NCBI GenBank assembly: GCA_951406725.2
Contig: OX597826.1
Span: 3,472,001-3,536,000, forward strand
DNA from: Octopus vulgaris
Taxonomy: Eukaryota
DNA length: 64,000 nucleotides
Reading direction: 5' to 3'
Under the pieces are notes generated by a model. The model was not told where the DNA came from, did not search any database, and was given only the letters and a program-made list of their open reading frames with translations. The position numbers and the translations under genes were made by a program. Shown here piece after piece: positions 26,589 through 39,949 of this stretch; the stretch's first letter is position 1; the number at the start of each line of letters is the position of its first letter.

Positions 26589-26667
26589 GTATGTATATAT
26601 ATATATATATATGTGTGTGTGTGAGTGTGCATATATATATATATGTGTGTGTGCGTATATATACATA

Positions 26668-26716
<49 letters not shown>

Positions 26717-27042
26717 GTGTGTGTTGGGAGTGGGGTTGAATGCAACTATTTGTATGCAGAAATGTATTTTCGTATTGGAACATACGTATGTGTATATTCT
26801 AACGAGCACATTAATTTAATAAAATAAAGTGAAATATAATTAGAAACACCTTTATTAATCAGTAGCGACATAGTTGCTTATTTATAAAACACTGTATTTC
26901 CTCACATGGAATAGAAACGTTACGTAAATGTAACTGACAAATATAAGGTGATAGTATCTTTTTCATGTTGAAGAAGAGGGGCCAACTGCAGAAGTAGGAG
27001 CCAAGAGCCACAGCAAAAGAATTAGTTGATGTTGGTTTTGAT

Positions 27043-27097
<55 letters not shown>

Positions 27098-27236
27098 CGG
27101 TAGTGGTGGTAGTAGTAGTAGTAGAAGTAGTAGTAGAAGCAATAATAGTAGTTATAATAGTAGCAGTAGTAGCACCAGATGTAACACTACTAACTGTAGT
27201 AGCAGCAGTAACAGCAACAACAACAGCAGCAGCAGC

Positions 27237-27268
<32 letters not shown>

Positions 27269-27310
27269 AAGAAGCAGCAGCAGCAGTAGCAGCAGCAGCA
27301 ACAACTGCAG
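27043..27310. repeat. (GTA)n/(GCA)n microsatellite
   Basis: Read directly. Confidence 0.95.
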
Positions 27311-27807
27311 TATCTGAGTCTCGTATTTTCTATGCGTGTGTATAGTTTACTTCTATGTATATATCGGTGCATGTACATAAATTTGTTTAGCCACATACAA
27401 ACACACACACTGACATACACATACACACACACACATATACATACGTAAACAAACACACACAGGCACACACACAAATAAATGTACATACATATACACGCCC
27501 ACGCACACATGTAGACGTTATACACAATTGAGAACGAAATTGAGGCGCATGGTTACCCATGCGTTAGTTGGGATAAGAGTATGTTATATACACAAATTAA
27601 TCAGGTGTGTTTGCATATCTACGTGTATATGTGTACACACATATCCACACATTAACGCACATATACATTAATTAATTAATTAAATTAATTTAACGTATAA
27701 TTTTCACGTATAATATTTAGATTCAACTGATGGGCTTCTCTGTACTTTTCTAAAGTTGTAGTCCTGTCTACAACATTCGTGTTTAAGAATAATATAGTCA
27801 AATAGTA

Positions 27808-28132
27808 AAGAACCCCTTCGGTCATGAACAACCGTTAGATTGCACTTAGAAAGTTCTTCACGGAGGTCAAGTCTGAGTAAGGTTGTTCATGGAAGACTAG
27901 CAGTCACCCATGCATATCATGCTTCTTCTCTCTACGCCACCAGTGCTATCGAAGGGAAAAGCAAAGTCGCAATTCATTTCTACAGGTAAATGAACTGGAG
28001 CAACGCCAAATAACGTGTCTTGTTCAAGAACACTACAAAACACAACCCAACATACAACCCGGACTAGGATCCGGAGTCAATACCTCATAATTGTAAGCCC
28101 GATCCTCTAAACACTCAGCCATGGGTTTTCAC
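27808..28132 (-). mobile_element. Degenerate tRNA-derived SINE
   Basis: Minus head ATGGCTGAGTGTTTAGAGGATCGGG; shares the GAACTGGAGCAACG..AAATAA.GTGTCTTG block with family 3 but has a different tail. Confidence 0.65.
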
Positions 28133-28150
28133 AAAAATAATATATATATA

Positions 28151-29572
28151 TTGTTGTGGCTGGAGTGAGTCATTCTCTTTTAGTGCCTTATTAGGTCGTC
28201 AAGTATAAAATTTGTAGGAAAGAAAAATGTTTGCTAGTGTCTTATAAATACAAGGAATAGTTTTATTCATCAAAAGTATGCTCCCATATTATCAATACTC
28301 TTTTGCCATTTCAGCGGTAGTTTGTCCAGCCTGGAACACTAAAACCCTGGAGATCTAGAATCAATAAAATCTTGCAAAGTCTGTTTTATAGCATCATTGG
28401 AATTAATTTTTTTCCATATCAAAATGTTATGCAATTTCTGGAAGAAGTGGTAATCAGTGGGTTCAAGATTAAGTGAGTACGGTGTATGATGGAGAACTTC
28501 CAACTCCCAACTCCTGTAGTTTCGGCAATGTCATTTTTGCTATGTGTGGTCTGGCGTTGTCTTCCAATAAAATAGGAGTGGATCTGTTGACTAATCTAGG
28601 CTGTGTTTTGTAAGTTTTTGCATCATTTGGTCCATTTGGCTGCAGTATACTTCGGCGGGGATTGATGAACCAGGTTTAATGAAACCATGATAGATCGCAC
28701 CTGCGCCAGATCATCAAACAGTTACCATCATCTTCTTTGGTGAATTTTGCTTTTGGACTGTGTTTTGGTGGCTCGTCTTTGTCCAACCGTTGTGTGAACC
28801 TTTACGTTTGTTGTATTGCATCCATTTCTCATCAAATGTTACAATTCGATTAAAAAATGATTCACTTTTGATTTTTGTGGCGAGAAAGTATCAAAATGCA
28901 GGATTCCAAACGTTGCTGTTTCTGATTTTCATTGAGTGCAAGTGGAACCCACTTATACAATTTTTCACTTTACCGATTTGAACTAGGTGAGTCAATATTG
29001 TTTGCTTGCTAACACCAAACAACAACGATAATTCACGTGTACATTGAGATGGAGCTGACTCAACGTTGACTTTCAGTTCGTCATTATCTGTCTATCTTTC
29101 TGGTCGACTGCGTTCCTCATTTGTGAGGGAAAGGTTACCAGAACGACATTTCACAAACCAATTTGATATTCCATCAAAATACCGAACTGTCTGCGATGCT
29201 GTATTTCCAAGAAAGTACTCATATTTCAAATCTGTACGAATTTCTGACTTATCTATCTCTAAACAAAAATAGCAAAAACTGATTTATAATTACTTTATAA
29301 AGCGCAAAATTAGTTCGAATAAAGAAATAAATGTGTCAGCTTTCAAACAAAATATATATATCGTTAAAATGTAAAAATGGCGCAAAATGAGCAGCTTATA
29401 TACCTTACTACAAATTTCATACACGACGATCTAATATTTAACACACCGGTTAAGTTTCCACTTATTTACTTATTTATTTTCCCTAAAATTTTCGTTGTGA
29501 GTGGAAACTTTCCCGGTTAGTGTGTTAAATAATAAAGCACTAAAAGAGAATGACTCTCCCCAGACGCAACAA
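28151..29572. repeat. Family D foldback element whose left arm is interrupted by the mariner
   Basis: 28151-28190 joined to 29437-29464 is the approximate reverse complement of 29498-29572. Confidence 0.8.
28191..29434 (-). mobile_element. Full-span, decayed mariner transposon with TIRs and TA TSD
   Basis: TIRs TTAGGTCGTCAAGTATAAAATTTGTAG and revcomp TTAGATCGTCGTGTATGAAATTTGTAG. TA at 28189-28190 and 29435-29436. Minus-strand KWVPLAL, RIVTFDEKW, HTPYSLNLEPTDYHFF, LPLKWQKSIDNMGAYF. Confidence 0.92.
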
Positions 29573-29636
29573 AATATGCTTCAATATACGAACCTACATA
29601 AAGAATCTTGCAAACCAAATCCAAAAACGAAATATG

Positions 29637-29694
<58 letters not shown>

Positions 29695-29738
29695 TATATT
29701 ATGTATGTATGTATGTATGTATATTATTATTATGTATG

Positions 29739-29929
<191 letters not shown>

Positions 29930-30025
29930 TGTATATATATGCTCACGGGCATATGTATATATATCTATCTATCTATCTATATATATATATATATTGTGTG
30001 TGTGTGTATGTATATATATGTCCAC

Positions 30026-30293
30026 GGGCATATGGCGTAGTGGTTTTGAGCGCGGGCTACTAACCCCAAGATTCCGAGTTCGATTCCAAGCAGTGACCTG
30101 AACACTAATATTAATAACATCGAAAAAAATACCTTAGGAATGAGAACCCTGGTTCAAAACTTCCGCAAGTCACCTGAAGAAGGCTAGAGGCTATATTAGC
30201 CGAAACATTGTGTTAACAACATACAAGATGAGGACAAATATCCGTCGAATGTAAATAATGTACACAATTCTTCATCTCTTAAATATAAAACTG
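30026..30293 (+). mobile_element. tRNA-derived SINE carrying a hammerhead-ribozyme motif
   Basis: A-box TGGCGTAGTGG (30033-30043), B-box GAGTTCGATTCC (30076-30087), tRNA-like arm, then the HHR at 30169-30214. Lies in a TA/GATA microsatellite. Confidence 0.8.
30169..30214 (+). ncRNA. Minimal type-I hammerhead ribozyme motif
   Basis: GTCAC-CTGAAGA-A-GGCTA-(10 nt)-TAGCC-GAAA-CA-TT-GTGTT. Canonical CUGANGA/GAAA core, perfect 5-bp stem II, CAC/GTG stem I. Confidence 0.75.
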
Positions 30294-30372
30294 CGAATAT
30301 ATGTATATAGAGAGAAAGAGAGAGATAGATAGATAGGTAGTTGTAGATAGATAGATAGTTAAATAGATAGAT

Positions 30373-30423
<51 letters not shown>

Positions 30424-31252
30424 GTTAAATACTGATATATATATATATATATAGTTAAATACTGATATATAGATAGATAGAGACATGGAAATAAAGAGAG
30501 AGACTAGGATAGAGAAAAGGATTACATAAGAAATATATTGTCCCTTTCAATTCTAAGATATTAGCATTACATAAACGAAGGTAAAGAGAAATAATAAACC
30601 ATTCATGAATAATGTAGATATCGTAGAAAACCTTCTTCTTCCCGCGCTGCTGATGAACAGCCGTTGAGTTTGTGATGATGGTTGACCTTGTAATAGCGAT
30701 ATATTCATCAGAGTATTTTGTTTTTAAATATATTGCAATCAACGCCGATACTGTTATTGGGAATCTTTAAGATATTCTTAAAGCAAGAAATTTGATACAA
30801 TGAATATCAAAAACAGCAGGACAACAATAATGACAACAATAAGTGGAAGAGTGACATATAAAACAAATGCAAAGATCGAAAATGGAAGAAGAATATATTC
30901 GAAACATTAATTGAGTCACTGAATTTTTACTGGTTTTAATGGCGAGAAAAATAAAACAGAAACAGGAGAAATAGATGTTAAGAAAATCAACAGGAATTTC
31001 GAAGGGAATATATGAAGGGAATACAGCAGAAGGACAGATTAAATGCACATGTATACACACATACACACACACGCTCACACACTCACACACACATTTAAAC
31101 ACACATGCACACACAAACACCCATACATGCACAGGCGCACACACCTTAGTATGCATATATATATATATGTATATATAAATATTTTTGTAAATATATGTAT
31201 ATGTGTGTATATATGTATATAAGTGTGTGTAAGTTTGTATGTATATATGTAC

Positions 31253-31344
<92 letters not shown>

Positions 31345-31365
31345 CACATATATATATATATCAAT

Positions 31366-31574
31366 ATGTGACCTCGTGAGTACCGCCAGCGATTCTTTCT
31401 ACTCTGTCTTCCCTTCTCTGGATCTTTCCTTCTCCTATGTTTCCGACGAAGAGCTCCGCTCGAAATGTTAAACCGTTCTTTTTCCCTTCTTTCCTGAGCG
31501 TCCAATAATACTTTATTTGTTCCACGTCCTCGCGTTGCTGTGTTTTTTTTTGTGTTTTCTTGTTTGGATTAACT
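31366..31574 (+). mobile_element. Family A pLTR-like element with HHR-like motif at 31439-31473
   Basis: GTTT-CCGACGA-A-GAGC-TCC-GCTC-GAAA-TG-TT-AAAC, with stem I GTTT/AAAC. Confidence 0.8.
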
Positions 31575-31669
31575 TTATACATAAATATATACATATACAT
31601 ACATACACACACACACACATATATATACATATATATATGAATTTTTGCGTAATGAGATAAAGACATAGA

Positions 31670-32105
31670 ACCAACGTTGAACCCCTTATTCGCAACATTA
31701 CCGAATCTGGAACTTAACTATGGTCTGTCTATAGCACTTATTCAGCATTACCTGACACCTTTGGGTCTCAATGACACCCTTATCTCCTATATATATATAT
31801 ACACAAATAATCTTCAGTAATATTCCGGCTCTCCATTGAAACTACATTTCGTTCGCATGAATTTACATAAATATTTATTTATGTATCTGCAATGCCAAGC
31901 GGAGACACTCTAGATTATCCCTTGCTGTGCTTAAGCTCTTGACAATAACCTAACCTCCTATTATGATGCAGTCCACTAAGCTGTAGAAAAGGAACCAGGA
32001 ATTGTTAAATCTCATTGTCTACATCACCAATAACAATATATGATTAAATAATGTCTAACTTGCCTTACACATTGGGATTCACTTCATCTGATTACTGTCA
32101 TTTCG
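31670..32105 (+). pseudogene. Possible decayed APE-type LINE endonuclease fragment
   Basis: Weak motifs NITESG, LLNLIVY.TN and LGFTSSDYC, resembling ITESW, LDLVFTN and LGxSDH. Confidence 0.3.
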
Positions 32106-32296
32106 ATAGCGATCGGGTTGGAAAATCTGATTCATTGAACAAGTATTATGTTTACATAACTTATGAAATTAGTACCTCCAGGAGTATTTATTTTATTAAC
32201 ATTTATACTACTACATTTATGTATATATATATATATAATATATATACGTTTTATATATATATATATATATACGTTTATATATATATGTATATATAT

Positions 32297-32408
<112 letters not shown>

Positions 32409-33380
32409 GTTTATATATATAAATACACGTTTATAGATTCGTTTTGCAAGATTCTTGATATGTATGTATGTATACATATATACATATTATATGTTTACTT
32501 GCATATTTTTCTATATCAATCATATAATATCAACTCAAAGCAATTTCTAATGCAAAGTATGAATGGCTCATGATCTTGTGGTTCGTGTTTTCGGATCACC
32601 GTCGTAATAACTTCCGTTCAGTTCTTGCACCCTGCAGTCTACTGTTTCCATGAGCAACTCGTTAACTTCATGTTGATCATGCTCTTTTGATGCAGTATAT
32701 ACACCAAAATACTAACTATCATTCTAGTTTTTTGAAAACATCCAGAAATAAGCCGCACGAAGATGAAGAAACAGATGCAAATTTCTTCAAAGGAAACTGA
32801 GAATCCTTTAAGAGCTTCACATTTCCTTTCACTGAATAATTTTGGTAAAGAAAATAAAACAGGCAATATTCAAAATAACCCGTATAAATTTGGTCGGCCC
32901 GAGGCTATAGCATAATCTTTAAAAGCAACCATATCTGGCCAAAATATTCTACCTATTTTACGTTCAAACTGGCTATGTCCAGCCTCTCTCAGCTACCCTA
33001 GAATATGGTGACTACTGTCCTCGTGCACATATGCAAATAATTAGCGAAGTCACGGTATATGTTATCAAACGTTACTCGTTCATGTGTGACGGGTGTCTCA
33101 GATTAACAGGAAATCATTAATTAAATGAAATCACGTGTTTAGATTTTCCTTTTATTGCCATTTTTATCGCTTAATAGTTTCGCTTGTTGATCTGCCGCCA
33201 TGAAGGCCATCACTGTGAAGATATTTAATCGAACACTTTGGAACCAATAATTATTTTTTACATGGGGTATATATTCTATCAAATTCTTAGGGCGGATCTC
33301 TAATTAACGCATGCGTAAAAAAACCAACAGCATTTGTCAAGGTGTAGTGGGCAGATGCAAAACAGATGTATACATATATA

Positions 33381-34160
33381 GGTGCAGGAGTGGCTGTGTG
33401 GTATGTGGCTTGCTTACCAGCCACATAGTTCTGAGTTCAGTCCCACTGCGTGGCACTTTGGGCAAGTGTCTTCTACTATAGTCTCGGGCCGACCAAAGCC
33501 TTGTGAGTGGATTCGGTAGACGGAAACTGAAAGAAGCCCGTCGTATATATGTGTATATATATATATATATATATGGTTGTGTGTGTGTTTGTGTGTGTGC
33601 GTGTGTGTTTGTATGTGTGTGCGTGTGTGTGTTTGTGTTTCTAAATAGTATATATGCATGTATATTTTTATATATATATATTCATATATATTTTATTCAC
33701 ACACACACACACACACACATATGCACGCACAAATTATATCACGTTTCTAAAAATGTGTGCGACCGTACCTGCTAAGTTTAAAGCTCCACAGAGATTATCA
33801 ATGTCTGCTCGCTTCTAGTCAAATGGGTGAGCCGCAACCATTCATAATATTACTACTAGTTATTATATTCAGTTAAAATATCAGAGAAATTAGCTCATGT
33901 GTGTGTGTGTGGCTGTGTGTGTGTGTGTGTGTGTGGCTGTGTGTGTGTCTGGGTGTCCGTGCATGCGTATGCATCGTTGTGTTTTTCCCCTACAGTTGTT
34001 GGCCTGTTTTCGTCCAGGCAATGATTCGACAAAATGAGACGGATGAAATAAGCTTCGAAAGAATAACAAGTAATGGTGTCGATTTGTTTCACTAAAACAG
34101 CCAAGAGAGTGCTACAACATGGCCGCAATCTAAGGATTCAAACAAGTAAAAGATAAAAGA
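33381..34160 (+). mobile_element. SINE family 1 head (33381-33545) and a separate tail fragment (~33990-34160)
   Basis: GGTGCAGGAGTGGCTGTGTGG...GAGTTCAGTCCC; tail CAACATGGCCGCAATC...AAACAAGTAAAAG. Confidence 0.75.
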
Positions 34161-35242
34161 TTATGGATAAGATATCAGCGTTTGAATGAGACTATATTTC
34201 ATTAACATGTGAAGGATGAAATGCAACGTTGTCCTTTGCCAGTGTAACTCGGAGAGCGAAAGGTCGTAAGAGAACACTATACGACTGTAGTGCGTAACAC
34301 TAGAGATTTTGTCAATCTACAGCTCTACATTCTATAGTAATGTTAGTGTCAGTTTTAGATTGCATAATTGTCTAATTTCAGCACGATTGAAAGTAATCGA
34401 ATGTTTCAGTATGAGAAACATGTGGAAGCTAATATTTCCTCAATGGTAATTTTTGTTTTGGGTTCGCCCATTTTGTCTAAAAAAGTTGACCTCTCGGATG
34501 AAAGATATTAGCACCATAATAATCCATTCTTCTTTATATATATATACAGGAAATATATTTTCGAATTTATTTTTCCGCTCATACGTATTCTCGCTAAACA
34601 ATATGCTTGTACATCGTTATGTTGCCACTCACACAATTTAGTTTCACAATGTGTAGGAAATATGTTAACTAAAGTATGACACATAGTGTTTAAATCTCCC
34701 TCTACCCTTTCAGCGATTAGGTTTCTATCCAAACAAATGAACGCTAATTCTAAAAGCGTGTATTGTAGATTATTTAGAAGTTGAATCTTATTTGTAAAAC
34801 TTGTTACAATAAGGAAAGTAAACAACTAAATTAAGCTCCCCTAATATTATAAATAGATCTGCATTCTGTTCGTTATTCTTACTTCAATTAATATTGTAAT
34901 TAATATAGGTAAATATATTTCCTAATTCATTACATATGTAGGCTCTGCGATTTTTTTACTTTTATTGAGGTGTGGCTTTCTTCTTACTCGCTAGAAATGT
35001 GTAGCTTCTGGCAACAATTTACAGAACAGGAAAACTGATATGAATATAGCATGAAGAATTTAAAGACTTTACTTAGACACGAAATTAAGTACGAGCTTCA
35101 GAGCTTGTTAATGCATCATATTATGATGTCCTTGGAAATATCAAATTCAGCCTATATACGTGCGATAGTTTACATATATGTACAAATCGGTTTCCTTTCG
35201 CTTAGTGCACTTCCTACATATCTCCCTCTCTCAGTGCATACA

Positions 35243-35312
<70 letters not shown>

Positions 35313-37859
35313 TAGATATATATATATGTATGCATACATGTACATATGTAAATATATATATATATATATATTTATATCTATATATATACATATATACATA
35401 TATATATATTTACATATATACAACTATGCTTATATATATATATATAGGTGTGTGTGTGTGTGTGTTATATATATATATATATATATATATATGCATATAT
35501 ATATGTATGCATACAAGTATATATGTAAATATATATATACATATATATATATGTACATATATATATTTATGCACATGTATACATCTACATATATATGTAC
35601 ACATATCTATCTATATATATATTTATGCACATGCATACATGCTTATGTGTGTAGGATTTCACATGTGTCTGTTCGTATGTGCGTGTGTAGCGGGGAAGCA
35701 GATGCGTAGAAGATTACATCGGCAGTAATAGAGAAAAAGTAAATACGGTAAGCGTCTTAGTCACTTAGGGGAGAATAATTTGCTCTCACATGCTCACAAA
35801 AATTGCTGAGGAATTCAATTTGACGTGATGTTTTCAGAAAGAATGAAGCGAGATTAATATCAGTTGCTGATAGAAGAATAGCTATTATCAATCTATTTCA
35901 TCTCATTTGTCATGTTACTATTATTAAATGAAATGAAATCATGGCAGATGAGAATGTAAGAGGGAAAGTAAAAGAGAAGAGAGAAAGGAGAAAAGAGAGA
36001 TATTAGCATTGCTGTTCATGTATGACAAGATCAAACTTGATTATATAATACCCGATAATAGTTAAGAAAACATGAAATGCTTCAAAGTCAATCTATGAAT
36101 ATAATTGATATAATACGTTCCTTTACAGGTTCAGTGGCATACAGCACACTATATGTTCAACATGCTTTACAGTTGCCCATTTGTCAATTTAAGGATAACT
36201 GAAAAATATGAATATATACTAATAAAGAAAGAATGGACGAGTGAATAGAATGCAAAAATGATGCTTTATCTAATTACATTCAAGCTGTTTTATCTAATTT
36301 TAATCAACCTTAAATTTTTGATTAGCTAAATTGAAATTATTTGAAGAAGATGGTAGGAGATCTTCATTTTCGTTCATGTTAGTTAAATAAGACGTATGCA
36401 TTTATAATAGGCGAATTGAGTGTTGATGAAACGAAAGAGTGAAAAGAAAGAATAAACAAAATGAGAGTCACATATTCTGTTCTGTTTAGTTTCGTTTCTG
36501 ATAACCTTTCTTTGTTCCGTTTGAATAGATATTTCGGATATTATGACTACAGTGTAATAATAACCTCCATATGATAGCAAACATATTTCTCGTTAACAAA
36601 GGCTTTATCAGATGCAATGGTACGAATACAAATAAATGGTGTAATTTAAATAAAACTCTTTAGAATCTTATTGAAAATGGACAAAAAGCGAATAAAATGT
36701 GTCAAATAATCGGAGAGATTGAAAACGAGCCTTTGCCGGATCAATTCAATTTATTTTTAATAGTTCTTGTAAAATGAATCTATGGAAATAGACGAGGCAA
36801 TAGGATGGGAAAGTTAACTCTTTACAGCGTTTAATTTTAACCCATTTGGTTCCTTGGAAAATATATGCTCGTGTTGACTTTATAAGATATACATACATAT
36901 ATACATTTATATATATATATATATAAATATATATATATATTACACACGAATGCACTGATGCACACCAAACACATTTACAAACGTAATATATATAGTGAGA
37001 AAGCGAGCGAGAATGGAGGAATAATAGCATTGATAATTTAATACGAATATTTTATCAAATTCGATACAAAACCGTTTTTTTTTTTTAATTAACTGAGAAC
37101 CACTTTTCAAACTTTGTCTATTCAAATTATACTTTCACAATTGAAGTTTTATCGAAAAGGAAGGTTTTAAGTTTATAAACTTCATTCTTCCAAGCCAAAA
37201 ATGTGTTATTACATTCCTGAAGGTTGGTGACAACTGTAGAACTGAATTTAGTCTTCTCAAAACTTTTTAACGTGAGCTAATGGCATTTTGAGCATGCGGC
37301 TACGTTTTGATAACTAATTATCACGTTTCCTCATTGTAGTTTCTGTGTCTATGAAGATCATATATGATTTTGGCTTTCTTCTGTTGTTAAATTATAAAAA
37401 CATCAGTGCATAGTTGTAAAGAAAGAAACTACTGCATTTCGCCGCATCGGACTCTGATATGTTGTCTGTGTCAGCGAAACTGCTCTACATCGAGATTATC
37501 TCACCGATTGAAACAATTGTCTTTACAATTACAGTTTAATAGCGATTCGTTTTATTATTTAGATTAGCGCTTATCATCTACTGCTACGATTCTCCGCATC
37601 TGTTGTGGTGTCTTGTCCGACTGTTTCTACTGAGTAATAAAGACAACATACTTGCAATGGTATGATATTACTGTTCTGATGTGATTTATATATTCATGGT
37701 GTCTCAGGAAATACATGATTATTATTCTCTGCATGATCCACTGCTACAGGAACATGTTCGAAGTATTGTGTCTTCACATAGGTTTTCATTTTCAGTATTT
37801 ATGCTCCATAATACATGTCATATTTGTCTATATCACCGTGATCACCGTGACCGATCAGA

Positions 37860-38100
37860 TGTTGCTACACATCGCTGGTCAGAACGTGCTTCGCATTGTT
37901 TTAGCCTTCAAATGACACCATCCCGCTGGCTAAGCGAGCAGACCAACAGAAGAAAGAGTGAAAGTTGTGGCGAAAGAGTACAGCAGGGATCGCCAACCCG
38001 CCCCTGCCGGAGATTCGTGGAGCTTTAGGTGTTTTCGCTCAATAAACACTCAAAACGCCCGGTCTGGGAATCGAAACCGCGATCCTGCAACCGCGAGTCC
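37860..38100 (-). mobile_element. SINE fragment (family 3/4-related head)
   Basis: GGTCTGGGAATCGAAACCGCGATCC..CCGCGAGTCC is shared with 48672-49044 and 59686-59966. Confidence 0.7.
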
Positions 38101-38500
38101 TTGGATAGTAGGGCGATTGTTTGAATATGTTTTGATTGTGATACATTTTTATGGCGTAAACTGGCAAATTTGTTCTCTTATCTTTTTTATGTTATATATT
38201 TGTCCATTGTTCACGGAGATGTTGAACTACCTGCAGTAACATCACTGTGAAAAACGTGTATTCTATTTATCACACAATGTTCTGAGAATTATAATCGGGG
38301 TACTTGCGCCAGGTTGTAAATGTAAGAATTGTCTTATGAGTTTTGATTTCTGAATGCATCTCTGTTAACCTTGTGCAGGGAACATTCTACAACTTCCATA
38401 TTGTTGTTGCCTGTTCTGTAAATTGTCATCCTCTTCGAATTTTTGTTGTGATCAATCTGCGTATTGATTTATGTTTTTTTTTTTTATTAAGCTCTGTTAA

Positions 38501-38560
38501 CGGTTAAGAGCGCGGGCTACTAACCCCAAGATTCTGAGTTCGATTCCAGGCAGTGACTTG
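38501..38560 (+). mobile_element. Second copy (head only) of the HHR-bearing SINE
   Basis: GAGCGCGGGCTACTAACCCCAAGATTC.GAGTTCGATTCCA.GCAGTGAC matches 30048-30097. Confidence 0.85.
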
Positions 38561-38585
38561 GATAATAATATTTCAGGGTAGTTTT

Positions 38586-39047
38586 AGGCGCAGGAGAGGC
38601 TGTGTGGTAAGTAGCTTGCTTACCAGCCACATGGTTCTGGGTTCATTCCCACTGCGTAGCACCTTGGGCAAGTGTCTTCTCCTATAGCCTCGGGCTGACC
38701 AAAGCCTTGTAAGTGGATATGGTTTACGGAAACTGAAAGACGCCCGTCGTATATGTGTATGTATATATATGTATGTATGTGTGTGTGTGCCTGTGTTTGT
38801 GCCCCCAACATCGCTTGATAACCAATGCTGGTGTATTTACGTCGCCGTAACTTAGCGGTTCGGCAAAAGGGACAGATAGAAAAAGTACTAGGCTTATAAA
38901 GAATAAGTCCTGGGTTCGATTTTCTCGACTAAAGGCCCGAGGCATTAGTAGAAGACACTTGTCCAAGATGCCACGCAATGGGACTGAACCCGGAACAATG
39001 TGGTTTGTTAGCAAGCTACTTACCACACAGCCAGCCACTCCTACGCC
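38586..39047. mobile_element. SINE family 1 (+) fused to an inverted copy of its own head (-)
   Basis: 38586-38695 is approximately the reverse complement of 38935-39047. Confidence 0.8.
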
Positions 39048-39059
39048 TATGTACAAAAA

Positions 39060-39187
39060 TGTATTTTAAAAATGTTAAAATATTTTGTGTATAGCAGAAA
39101 AATAACCAATTTACTACACATAAATTTATACGGCAAAATCTTATGTGGACCCTCAAGGGCCATATGGAACCCTGGTTGAGAACCACA
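39060..39187. mobile_element. Possible hAT/Charlie-type MITE end
   Basis: Ends CCCTGGTTGAGAACCACAG (cf. GGTTGAGAACCACTG). The partner end was not found. Confidence 0.4.
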
Positions 39188-39873
39188 GTTTAGTCACTTC
39201 TTCATTTGATATATTATTATCCCTGAATGTTTCTTACTTTTTTCCAGATTTGACCATCGCTGCAATATTTTCAGAGTAAAACGAATGCTCGTGTATCAGT
39301 AATAGATATTTAGACTTCTTATAGTTTTCGTTCTCCAAAAGCTTTTATTGTTTGCACTAAAAAATAAGCTATTCGATTTACGGCTGCTTCAGCTGGGACT
39401 AACTTTGGCCTAACCCTACCGGTGTTACTGAGGAAAGAAGAGAAACCTTATTATTAATCGTAGCTGGCTGATTGTAGTTAATTGTAATACACACATTTTT
39501 TTTTCCTGGAAAATACATGTATGACATATACCTTATTGATATTTCCTGGGTAAATTTATCAGGTAAAGGCGGCGTACATTTTTGTAACGTACCTTTCACG
39601 TAATATTTCATTCGCCTGGATAGGGCTCACATAAAACAACTTCCTTTTTACACGAAACGCTATCAAAGATCCATTGTCATTCTTCCAAACGTTATTGTTT
39701 ACTTTGATTCAAAATGAGGTTTCACAACTTTATATTTGTTTATAATTTTGTATTGTGATAGTTAAATATTTGTGCTTGAAACCGTGTCTGTTTGAATAAT
39801 TGTCAGATTTCTGGGATGTTTATTCAAAATTTGTCATTTATTTGTAAAAGCTGGGGGAGGGTATAGGCTACTT

Positions 39874-39949
<76 letters not shown>

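Noticed and set aside
30026-30100. tRNA-like head as a real tRNA gene
   Set aside because: The acceptor stem does not pair and there is no adjacent terminator; it continues into a repeat body, so it is a SINE head.
30630-30760. CTGATGA at ~30650 as an HHR or C/D box, and a possible exon
   Set aside because: No stem II followed by GAAA, no terminal stem, and no protein similarity visible.
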